Assembly: GCA_038131165.1 (NCBI GenBank)
Contig: JAYPOZ010000011.1
Coordinates: forward strand, 4,121-68,120
Length of the DNA: 64,000 nucleotides
DNA from: Rickettsiales bacterium
Lineage (GTDB): Bacteria; Pseudomonadota; Alphaproteobacteria; UBA8366
Reading direction: 5' to 3'
Below the pieces are notes generated by a model that did no database searches, was not told the DNA's origin, and saw only the letters and a program-made list of their open reading frames with translations. Shown one piece after another: positions 27,842 to 35,628 of this stretch; within the stretch, counting starts at the first letter, position 1; each line of letters starts with the position of its first letter. The position numbers were made by a program, and so were the translations under genes.

Positions 27842-29584
27842 CTAGCGTCTCCGAAGCGCGCCGGTCGCCGCCGTGTCGACTCCGGACAGATCGTCGGTGA
27901 GCTCGACATGAAACAGGTCGCGCGCTTGTTCGCCGGTGTAATAGCCTTTCTGCACGTCGCGCAGGACAGCGCCCGGATCTCGTTCGAACGGGTCGCCGTA
28001 GCCGCCGCCGCCGGGCGTGCCGACGGCGACAATATCGCCCGGGCGGATTGGAATGTCCTGATCCTTGGAGAGGTGCAGCGGCGTGTAGGCTTCGCCGCCG
28101 CGGTAGACGGTGACGGTATTGCAGGCGCCGTCTTGGCCGCCGAGCGCGCCCTGGGGGCCGACCCGGCCGTGGTCCATGACGAAAGAGGCTTGCGCTTCGC
28201 CCCGCCGCAATTCCACGGTGTAATTGACGCCGAAACCGCCGCGGTGCTTGCCGGCGCCCCCCGAGGCTTCGCGCAGCGAATATTCGTGAAACAGAACAGG
28301 GTAGTATTGTTCGAGCACCTCGATGGGCTGGGTTTTGGAGATGCCGATCGTCGAGCAGCCATTGGTCAGGCCGTCGTGATCCGCGTTGCCGCCGTAGCCG
28401 CCGCCGCTGATCTGATACATCACGAAGGAGCGGTTTTTCTCCGGATCGAATCCGCCGAGCGCGAAATTGCCGCTGGAGCCGGCGGGCGCCGCGGTCACGA
28501 TGTCCGGCAAGGGGCCGACCAGGGCGCCGAAGACCGCCTCGGCGATGCGCTGCGAGACTTCGGCGGCGCAGCCGGAGACGGGGCGCGGATATTCCGCGTA
28601 GAGGAACGTGCCTTTCGGGTCCTTGATGTGCAGCGGATCGAACGTGCCGGCGTTGATCGGCACGTCCGGGAAGATGTGCTTCATCGCGAGATAGACCGAG
28701 GAGCGCGTGGTTGCGATCACGCTGTTCATCGGGCCCCGGCAGGGCGGGCTCGACCCCTCGAAATCGAAGTAGAGATCGCCGTCCTTTTTCTCGATCGCGA
28801 CGGCGATGCGCAGCGGCTCGTCGACCACGCCGTCGGTATCGACCCAGGCCTCGCCACGGTAGAGGCCGTCGGGAATCTGCGCGATCTTGGCCCGCATCTG
28901 TTGCGCCGCCCGGCCGCGCCATTCTCGGATCGCGCCTTTCACGACATCGGCCCCGTACCGGTCGAGCAATGCCGTCAACTGGCGCGCGCCGACCTTGAGC
29001 GCGGCGATCTGCGCCTTGATGTCGCCGATGCGCTGATCCGCGATGCGGATATTGGAGCAGATGATCGCGTAGATTTCGGGATCCAACTCGCCCCGTTTCA
29101 CCAGCTTGACCGGGGGCAAGCGTAATCCTTCCTGCTCGACTTCCGTCGCATTGGCGGAGAAACCGCCGGGGACCGCGCCGCCGATGTCCGGCCAATGGCC
29201 GGTATTGGACAGCCAGGAATAAAGCTCGCCCTTGTAATAGAAGGGCATCGCGAAGCGCACGTCCATCAGGTGAGTCCCGCCGAGATACGGGTCGTTGACG
29301 ATATAGACGTCGCCTTCCTCCGGCGCGAGGGCCTTCCCCTCCTTGATGAACTGGATCAGCGTCATGGTGGAAAACTGCATGGTGCCGACGAAGACCGGCA
29401 GGCCCAGTTCTCCCTGGGCGATCAATTCGCCGGTCTCCGCGTCGTAAATGCCGTCGGAGCGGTCGTTGGCCTCCGCGATGACCGGGGAGAAAGCGGAGCG
29501 CGAGAAGGTGAGGTCCATCTCGTCGCAGACCTGCTGCAGGCCGGCCTGGATGACGCTCAGGGTGATCGGGTCGATATCGCTCAT
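27842..29584 (-). CDS. hyuB: hydantoinase B/oxoprolinase-family subunit
   Basis: The C-terminal 580 codons of ORF 27842..30196, from ATG 29584 (ATGA overlap with hyuA). Motifs DPITLSVIQAGL, VNDPYLGGTHLMD and GGGGYGDPFERD. Confidence 0.9.
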   Translation of the reverse strand: MSDIDPITLSVIQAGLQQVCDEMDLTFSRSAFSPVIAEANDRSDGIYDAETGELIAQGELGLPVFVGTMQFSTMTLIQFIKEGKALAPEEGDVYIVNDPYLGGTHLMDVRFAMPFYYKGELYSWLSNTGHWPDIGGAVPGGFSANATEVEQEGLRLPPVKLVKRGELDPEIYAIICSNIRIADQRIGDIKAQIAALKVGARQLTALLDRYGADVVKGAIREWRGRAAQQMRAKIAQIPDGLYRGEAWVDTDGVVDEPLRIAVAIEKKDGDLYFDFEGSSPPCRGPMNSVIATTRSSVYLAMKHIFPDVPINAGTFDPLHIKDPKGTFLYAEYPRPVSGCAAEVSQRIAEAVFGALVGPLPDIVTAAPAGSSGNFALGGFDPEKNRSFVMYQISGGGYGGNADHDGLTNGCSTIGISKTQPIEVLEQYYPVLFHEYSLREASGGAGKHRGGFGVNYTVELRRGEAQASFVMDHGRVGPQGALGGQDGACNTVTVYRGGEAYTPLHLSKDQDIPIRPGDIVAVGTPGGGGYGDPFERDPGAVLRDVQKGYYTGEQARDLFHVELTDDLSGVDTAATGALRRR

Positions 29585-31641
29585 GACGCTTCGCCTATTT
29601 CGATCAAAAGATTGCCGTCGCGGTCGACCTCGACGCGGCAGCCGGGCTCGATCACGGTCGTGGTGTCCATTTGCTCGACGATGGCGGGTCCTTCGAAGGC
29701 CCCGCCGATGGGCAGGCGGTCGCGGGTATAGATCGCGGTCTCGCGCCAGCTGCCATCGAACCAGACCCGGCGCGTCCCGTCCCGTGCCGCTTCGACGGTC
29801 GCTTCGCGTGCCGATCCGTCCATGATCCGTCCGAGATCGAAGTCCGGACGGCGCCCGATGACCGAGGTCTTCAAATTGACCAGATTCGCGCGGATTTCGG
29901 GCAATGCCACTTGGAACCTTTCGAAATAGGCCGCCTCGAAAATACGCTGGATTTCCTCTCTCGGCGTGTCGAGCGCCGGTATGGGGATCGAAATCAGATG
30001 CGTCTGGCCGATAAACTGCATGTCCGCGCCGTGCAGGACGCGGATATCCTCGATCGCAATCGTTTCGGAATCGATCAGATGTTTGCCGTCTGCAATCTGT
30101 GCCGCGAGCAGGGTCTGGACTTCTTCGAAATCCACTTGGTCGAGCGGCCGATTGACGGTGCGCACGAAATCGTGTCGGACATCGGCCACGACGCAACCGA
30201 GGGCGTTGGTGATGCCGGGGCGGGTCGGAATCAGAATGCGCGGGATTCCAAGTTCCCGGGCCAGGGCGACCGCATGCAGGGGACCGGCGCCACCGAAGGC
30301 GAACAGCGTGAAGTCGCGCGGATCATGTCCTTTCGATATCGAGACAATCCGTATCGCGCCGGCCATTCGGTCGTTTGCAACCCGAATGATGGCGCCGGCC
30401 GCGGTGTCGATATCCAGCCCGAGCGGTTGCGCGATTTTGGTGTCGAAAACCGCCTGGATGGCGTCGATCGCGGGGGCGGTTTCGGTGGAGAGAAGCTTTT
30501 CGGGATTGAGGCGCCCGAGGACGAGGTTGGCGTCGGTGATCGTCGGCGCGTCTCCGCCCCGGCCATAGCAGATCGGCCCGGGCGTGGCGCCGGCGCTCTC
30601 CGGTCCCACCCGCAGGAGGCCGGCATCGGTCACCCCGGCGATTGAACCGCCGCCCGATCCGATGGTTCGCACGTCGACCATCGGCACATGGATCGGCATG
30701 GCATATTCGACATCCAGCTCGTTGCTGACCGCCGGCACCGCGTCCAGGATCAAGGCGACGTCGGTCGAGGTGCCGCCCATGTCGTAGGTGATCAGATTGT
30801 CGATGCCGGCGCGTTTCGCCGCGTGCGCCGCGGCCATGACGCCCGAAGCCGGGCCCGACATGACGGTTTTGGCGGCTTCCCGGTCGACCAGGCGGGCCGA
30901 CACCATGCCGCCGTTGCCGTTCATCACCAACAGGTCGCGGCCGAACCCTTCGGCCGTGAGCTCGTTCTGCAGCCGGTCGATGTAGCGATGCAGGATCGGG
31001 CGCACGGCGGCATTGACGGAGGCGGTGACGCCGCGCTCGTATTCCCGGTATTCGGACAGCAATTCGTGGCCGGCGGTGATGTAGTCGTTGGGCCAGATGC
31101 CGCGCAGGATTTCCGTTGTCCGCTGCTCGTGCGCGGGGTTCGCATAGGCGTGCAGATAATGGACGACGACGGATTCGCAGCCGAGGCGCAGAAGCTCGCG
31201 GGCGGCCTGCGCGACCCCGTCCTCGTCGAGCGGGATGACGACATTGCCCGCGGCGTCCATGCGTTCGGCCACCTCGAGGCGCAGATCGCGCGGGATGACG
31301 GGTTCGAAGACGCCGGACATGCCGTAGGGTTGGGGGCGCGTGCGCCGGCCCACTTCGATGACGTCGCGAAAGCCCTTCGTGGTGATCATGCCCGTCTTGG
31401 ACAATTTGCGTTCGAGCACCGCATTGGTCGTTGTCGTCGTGCCGTGAACGATGGCGCCGATGGCGGAGAGGTCGACGTCCGTCTCGCGCAGCGCCGCGAG
31501 GACGCCGAAGGCCTGGTTTTCGACGGTCGTCGGCGTTTTCACGACGCGGACACCTTCCGGCGTGACGAGCAGCAGGTCGGTAAAGGTGCCGCCGACGTCG
31601 ATTCCGGCGATGACGGAATGGTCGGATGCGGAGTGGGACAA
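29581..31641 (-). CDS. hyuA: hydantoinase A/oxoprolinase-family ATPase subunit
   Basis: 686-aa ORF with a TTG start preceded by GAGG. Motifs IAGIDVGGTFTD, TYDMGGTSTDV and FGGAGPLHA. Confidence 0.9.
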   Translation of the reverse strand: MSHSASDHSVIAGIDVGGTFTDLLLVTPEGVRVVKTPTTVENQAFGVLAALRETDVDLSAIGAIVHGTTTTTNAVLERKLSKTGMITTKGFRDVIEVGRRTRPQPYGMSGVFEPVIPRDLRLEVAERMDAAGNVVIPLDEDGVAQAARELLRLGCESVVVHYLHAYANPAHEQRTTEILRGIWPNDYITAGHELLSEYREYERGVTASVNAAVRPILHRYIDRLQNELTAEGFGRDLLVMNGNGGMVSARLVDREAAKTVMSGPASGVMAAAHAAKRAGIDNLITYDMGGTSTDVALILDAVPAVSNELDVEYAMPIHVPMVDVRTIGSGGGSIAGVTDAGLLRVGPESAGATPGPICYGRGGDAPTITDANLVLGRLNPEKLLSTETAPAIDAIQAVFDTKIAQPLGLDIDTAAGAIIRVANDRMAGAIRIVSISKGHDPRDFTLFAFGGAGPLHAVALARELGIPRILIPTRPGITNALGCVVADVRHDFVRTVNRPLDQVDFEEVQTLLAAQIADGKHLIDSETIAIEDIRVLHGADMQFIGQTHLISIPIPALDTPREEIQRIFEAAYFERFQVALPEIRANLVNLKTSVIGRRPDFDLGRIMDGSAREATVEAARDGTRRVWFDGSWRETAIYTRDRLPIGGAFEGPAIVEQMDTTTVIEPGCRVEVDRDGNLLIEIGEAS

Positions 31642-31660
31642 TACAGCCTCGTCAGGACAT

Positions 31661-31682
31661 TAATTTGTATGTAGACAAACAA
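31661..31682. promoter_or_regulatory. 22-bp AT-rich box (copy 2, inverted), candidate MarR operator/promoter region of the hyuA operon
   Basis: TAATTTGTATGTAGACAAACAA lies 20 nt upstream of the hyuA start. It is the exact reverse complement of 27361-27382. Confidence 0.55.
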
Positions 31683-31735
31683 AATATTTCGATCGGTCGG
31701 CCCTGGCAAGAGGCTTCCGGTCGCGGGGGCGGGCG

Positions 31736-33334
31736 CTAAATGCCGAGGCGCCGTTCGTAGATGTCCGGCAGATCGTTTTCCAGCAGGATGACGTCGCCGG
31801 GCTCGGCGTTGTCGGCAATCCAGGCGTTGGCCTCGGCAAAGGTCTCGAACCGGCGCGTCTCCGCGCGGTCCCCGGCCGTCTCGCTGAAGGCTTTGACGAA
31901 CGGCTCGATCCGGCTGGGCGCGATGGCGAGCAGGACATCCGCGTGGTCGGCGGCTTTGGCGCCGAGCCGGGCGTGTTCCTCATCGTGCGCGGCGCCGAGT
32001 TCGACCATGCCCGGTGTGACGACGATGCGCCGGCCGCCGTCGCCGACCAGAATGTCGAGCGCTTCCAGAGCCGAGGCGAAGCCGGCGGGGTTGGAGTTAT
32101 AGGCATCGTCGACCAGAATCGAGTCGTTCGGGCCCGCCTTCACTTCGAGACGGTGCACGATCTGCGGGGTTGATTTCAATGCCAGCGCGACGGTTTCGGG
32201 GTCGGCGCCGTAGATGCATGCGGCGGCGAAGACGACCGCGATATTGCTGATCTGATGGGTGCCGAAGATCGGCACCGCGAGGTCGTGTCTGGCGCCCTGC
32301 CAGTCGACGCTCAACGTCAGCCCTTCCGATGTCTGGGCGGACGAATGGATGCGGAGCGCGCAGCCTTCCCCCGTGCCGCAGACGACCATGGCGTCGGGAT
32401 GACGGTCCGCGAACGCGCGCGCCGGCCCGAAGGCCAGGACGTCCTCGGTCACGATGACCTTGCCGCCGCGCGCCACCGCCGCTTCGGCGAGCTCGAACTT
32501 GGCGGCGGCCACGGTGTCGAGTGACTTGAACCGTTCGTAATGCGCCTTGCCGATGGCGGTGATGACCGCGTGGTCGGGCGGCGCCAGTTCGCAGAGCCGC
32601 GCGATCGAGCCCGGCCCGTAAGCGCCCATCTCGGCGATAAAGTACCGGTGCCCCGGGCGAAGCTGCTCGCGCACGATGCGGGCGATGCCCATTGGCGTGT
32701 TGACGCTGCCGGGCGTGGCCAGGCCCGTCGAGGCGGTCTCCAGCACATGGCTGAGGATATGCTTGGCGGAGGTCTTGCCGAACGACCCGGTGATCCCGAT
32801 GACCGTGGGCTCCAGGCGCTGTAGTTTCTCGTGGGCTTCGCGCCAATAGCGGCGTTGCACGAAGGCTTCCTGCGGCGCCAATGTCCACACGGCGAGCACC
32901 AGCATGAGCGGCATCGCGTGCACCGGGATCAGCCACCAGACAGGTTCCAGATAGAGCGACGCGAAGCCGAATCCGACGACGGCCGCGTAGAGAAACGCGA
33001 TGGCGAGAATGCGCTTCGCCCGAGCCGTCAGGACCAGCTTTTTCTTCGCGGTCTTCCGGGGATTGCGCTCGCGCCAGGCCGAGGACAGAAAGAGACCGCC
33101 GACGATCGCGACGGCGACCCAGCCGGTGATGCGCGGCAGGAAATAGGCGATCACCACCAGCATCAGGATGCCGAAACTGAGGCGCCGGTCGTAATTCTGC
33201 GTCTTGAAGACCCATTTCAGGAATCGGAGAGGGTCGTATTCCTCCTGCTGGAAAGCGTGCAGGTAGAGAACCAACCGGCGCCAGGCGAAGGCGAGAAACA
33301 TGATCCAGATAAAAAGCCAAAGTGGCGCGCTCAT
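31736..33334 (-). CDS. Mur-ligase-family protein (MurF-like) with an N-terminal membrane domain of about 165 aa
   Basis: 532-aa ORF. The N-terminus has 4-5 hydrophobic helices. Then come the P-loop GITGSFGKTSAKH, EMGAYGPG and the MurF-like DDAYNSNP. Its ATG overlaps the upstream hydrolase stop (ATGA). Confidence 0.8.
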   Translation of the reverse strand: MSAPLWLFIWIMFLAFAWRRLVLYLHAFQQEEYDPLRFLKWVFKTQNYDRRLSFGILMLVVIAYFLPRITGWVAVAIVGGLFLSSAWRERNPRKTAKKKLVLTARAKRILAIAFLYAAVVGFGFASLYLEPVWWLIPVHAMPLMLVLAVWTLAPQEAFVQRRYWREAHEKLQRLEPTVIGITGSFGKTSAKHILSHVLETASTGLATPGSVNTPMGIARIVREQLRPGHRYFIAEMGAYGPGSIARLCELAPPDHAVITAIGKAHYERFKSLDTVAAAKFELAEAAVARGGKVIVTEDVLAFGPARAFADRHPDAMVVCGTGEGCALRIHSSAQTSEGLTLSVDWQGARHDLAVPIFGTHQISNIAVVFAAACIYGADPETVALALKSTPQIVHRLEVKAGPNDSILVDDAYNSNPAGFASALEALDILVGDGGRRIVVTPGMVELGAAHDEEHARLGAKAADHADVLLAIAPSRIEPFVKAFSETAGDRAETRRFETFAEANAWIADNAEPGDVILLENDLPDIYERRLGI

Positions 33335-34116
33335 GTCGGCGTCTCCAACTCGTCGATAAACTGTTTCAGCTGATAGGCGGTTTGATGCCGTCCTTCGGCC
33401 AGGACGGAATAGTGGTCCAGCCCGTCCAACTGGATAAATCGGGCATCCGCTATCAGCTGGGCCAACCGTTGGCCGATCTCGGGCGGCGTCTCGGTATCCT
33501 TGCTGCCGAAGACGAGGCGCACCGGGCAGCGGATCTGCCGTGCCGCGTCCGCGAGATCCTCGTTCACCACTTTGGTGAGGATACCGCGCAGGGCGCCGGC
33601 GGCGCGGTAATCGGTGCTGCCGAACCTCTCGCGCAGGCGGTCCTTGTCGCCGAGGGGCAGGATTTTCAGAAATTTATAGAGCGCGATCTTGGAGTTTACG
33701 CGCAGTCTCGAAACCGGCGAGCGTTTGCGCTGCAGGCCTGCGGCGGCGATCAAGAACAGCGCGTCGACGCAATCGGGATGGCGCGCGGCGAGTTGCAGGC
33801 CGACGCGGCAGCCGAACGAGTGTCCGACCCAAACCCGCCGTCCGCGCGGCAGCGTCTTCAGGAAGGCGGCGCAGGCATCGGCATATTCCGCCGTGCCCCA
33901 GTCGGTGGCGGGCCGGGGCGACTCGCCGAAGCCGGGAAAATCGACGAGCATATTACAGGCGGCGTTGGTCCAGGACTCGGCGAGCGGCAGGAGCGCCGCA
34001 TGGCTTTGTCCCCAGCCGTGCGCCCAGACAATCTGCCGCCCTGCGGCCTCGTCGCCAAGCGTCCAATAGGCAATTGCCTGGCCGTCATGCTCGAATCGCC
34101 GGGAAAGTGTGGACAT
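33331..34116 (-). CDS. alpha/beta hydrolase
   Basis: ORF 33331..34350 trimmed to ATG 34116. Motifs WAHGWGQSH, the nucleophile elbow VGHSFGC and a C-terminal LDGLDHYS. Confidence 0.75.
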   Translation of the reverse strand: MSTLSRRFEHDGQAIAYWTLGDEAAGRQIVWAHGWGQSHAALLPLAESWTNAACNMLVDFPGFGESPRPATDWGTAEYADACAAFLKTLPRGRRVWVGHSFGCRVGLQLAARHPDCVDALFLIAAAGLQRKRSPVSRLRVNSKIALYKFLKILPLGDKDRLRERFGSTDYRAAGALRGILTKVVNEDLADAARQIRCPVRLVFGSKDTETPPEIGQRLAQLIADARFIQLDGLDHYSVLAEGRHQTAYQLKQFIDELETPT

Positions 34117-34340
34117 CCGGACCCGTTTCGCACAGTCTCGATGGTGGCGTCGCCGCCGTGAAATCGACGATAATCCAAGACCGCATTTAACCGAAATCGC
34201 GCTACCTTGAAAGAACCCGCCCGCCAATTTCACCAGAATGCCCTCCCATCGCCATGTTCGGGACGCGAATCCGCACGAGCGTCGGGTGCCGAACGGGCGG
34301 CGATGGGCCACGGAACAGCGAATCAGGACAGAGGATTTCC

Positions 34341-35549
34341 ATGACGGCAAAGCGCAGAGTGGCGGTCTTGTTCGGCGGACGGTCGCCGGAACACGACGTC
34401 AGCATCGTCAGCGGCCTGCAGGCGCTGGGCGCCATAGACTCGGCCGCCTACGACGCCTTTCCCGTCTATCTGTCGACCCAGGGGGACTGGTTCGTCGGCG
34501 AGGCGCTGCGCGAGCGGGGAAACTATCTGCCCGACGACAATACCCGGCGTGCACTGACAGAAGTGACCCTGGACGCGACGGCGGAGGGCGAAGGCCGGCT
34601 CATGCCCCGCAAGAGCGGATTCTTCGGGGGCGCCAAGCCGGTCGCCTTCGACGTGGCGTTGCTGGCCTTCCACGGCAATCAGGGGGAGGACGGCCAGATC
34701 CAGGGTTTGTTCGAGATGGCGGGCATCCCCTATACCGGGATGCGGACCATGGCGTCCGCCGCGCTGATGGACAAGGCGGTGACCAAGCGGCTGCTGGCGG
34801 GACAGGAGATTCCCCAGTTGGACTGCGTCGCCCTGCGGCGGCCGGACAACGGCGTGGTGCTGACCGGTGCGGCGCTGGCCGATGCGGTCGGCAACGCCAA
34901 GTTCCCGGCCTGCGTCAAGCCGTGCCACCTCGGGAGTTCCATCGGCGTCGCGAAGGTCGACGACATGGAGGCCCTGCGCGAGGTCCTGCCCGGCATTTTC
35001 CGCCTCGATCCGGTGGCGATCCTCGAGCCTTTCGTCCCCAATCTGGTGGAATACAACGTCTCCGTATCGGCCTTCGACGGCGAAATCCGCACCTCTGCGA
35101 TCGAACGGCCGAAACGGGTCTCCGAACTGCTCGACTTCAAGGAGAAGTACATGTCGGGCGGCGGCAAGAAGGGCGGCGCGAAGAGCCCCGGGACCGCGAG
35201 CGAAGGCATGCTCTCGCTGACCCGGGACATCAATCCCGAGATCGACCCCGCCCTCGAGGCGAACATCCGGAACTGGGCGGCGGCGGCGTTCCGTTCGATC
35301 GGCGGCACCGGCGCGCCCCGCATTGATTTCCTCGGCGATGCGGCGACCGGCGAGCTTTGGTTGAACGAGGTCAATCCCTGCCCCGGGTCGTTCGGTTATT
35401 TCCTGTGGGAGGCCGCCGACCCGCCGTTCCTGTTCACCGAATTGCTCACCCATTTGATCGAGGAAGCGGTGCGGGAATTCCGCAATTCGCGGCTTCCCGC
35501 CGATCCCACGCCGCGAGAGGCGCGGCTGTTCAAGCGGCCGTACGAGTAG
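34341..35549 (+). CDS. D-alanine--D-alanine ligase family ATP-grasp protein (long variant)
   Basis: ORF 34254..35549 trimmed to ATG 34341 (RBS GGACAGAGGA). Motifs RVAVLFGGRSPEHDVS, AFHGNQGEDGQIQG, KPCHLGSSIG and NEVNPCPG. There is a Gly/Lys-rich insert, YMSGGGKKGGAKSPG. Confidence 0.8.
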   Translation: MTAKRRVAVLFGGRSPEHDVSIVSGLQALGAIDSAAYDAFPVYLSTQGDWFVGEALRERGNYLPDDNTRRALTEVTLDATAEGEGRLMPRKSGFFGGAKPVAFDVALLAFHGNQGEDGQIQGLFEMAGIPYTGMRTMASAALMDKAVTKRLLAGQEIPQLDCVALRRPDNGVVLTGAALADAVGNAKFPACVKPCHLGSSIGVAKVDDMEALREVLPGIFRLDPVAILEPFVPNLVEYNVSVSAFDGEIRTSAIERPKRVSELLDFKEKYMSGGGKKGGAKSPGTASEGMLSLTRDINPEIDPALEANIRNWAAAAFRSIGGTGAPRIDFLGDAATGELWLNEVNPCPGSFGYFLWEAADPPFLFTELLTHLIEEAVREFRNSRLPADPTPREARLFKRPYE

Positions 35550-35628
35550 CGCTGCTTGACGGATCGGAAGCGCAAGCAAGCTCAATAGCTGTGAGGTAGG
35601 ACGAGCCGCCAGTGATCTCGGAGGGAAC

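Noticed and set aside
27834-30196. Upstream extensions of ORFs 27402..29195 (597 aa) and 27842..30196 (784 aa)
   Set aside because: Only the C-terminal parts (MarR from 27833, HyuB from 29584) have family similarity. The extensions are Arg-rich and overlap real genes.
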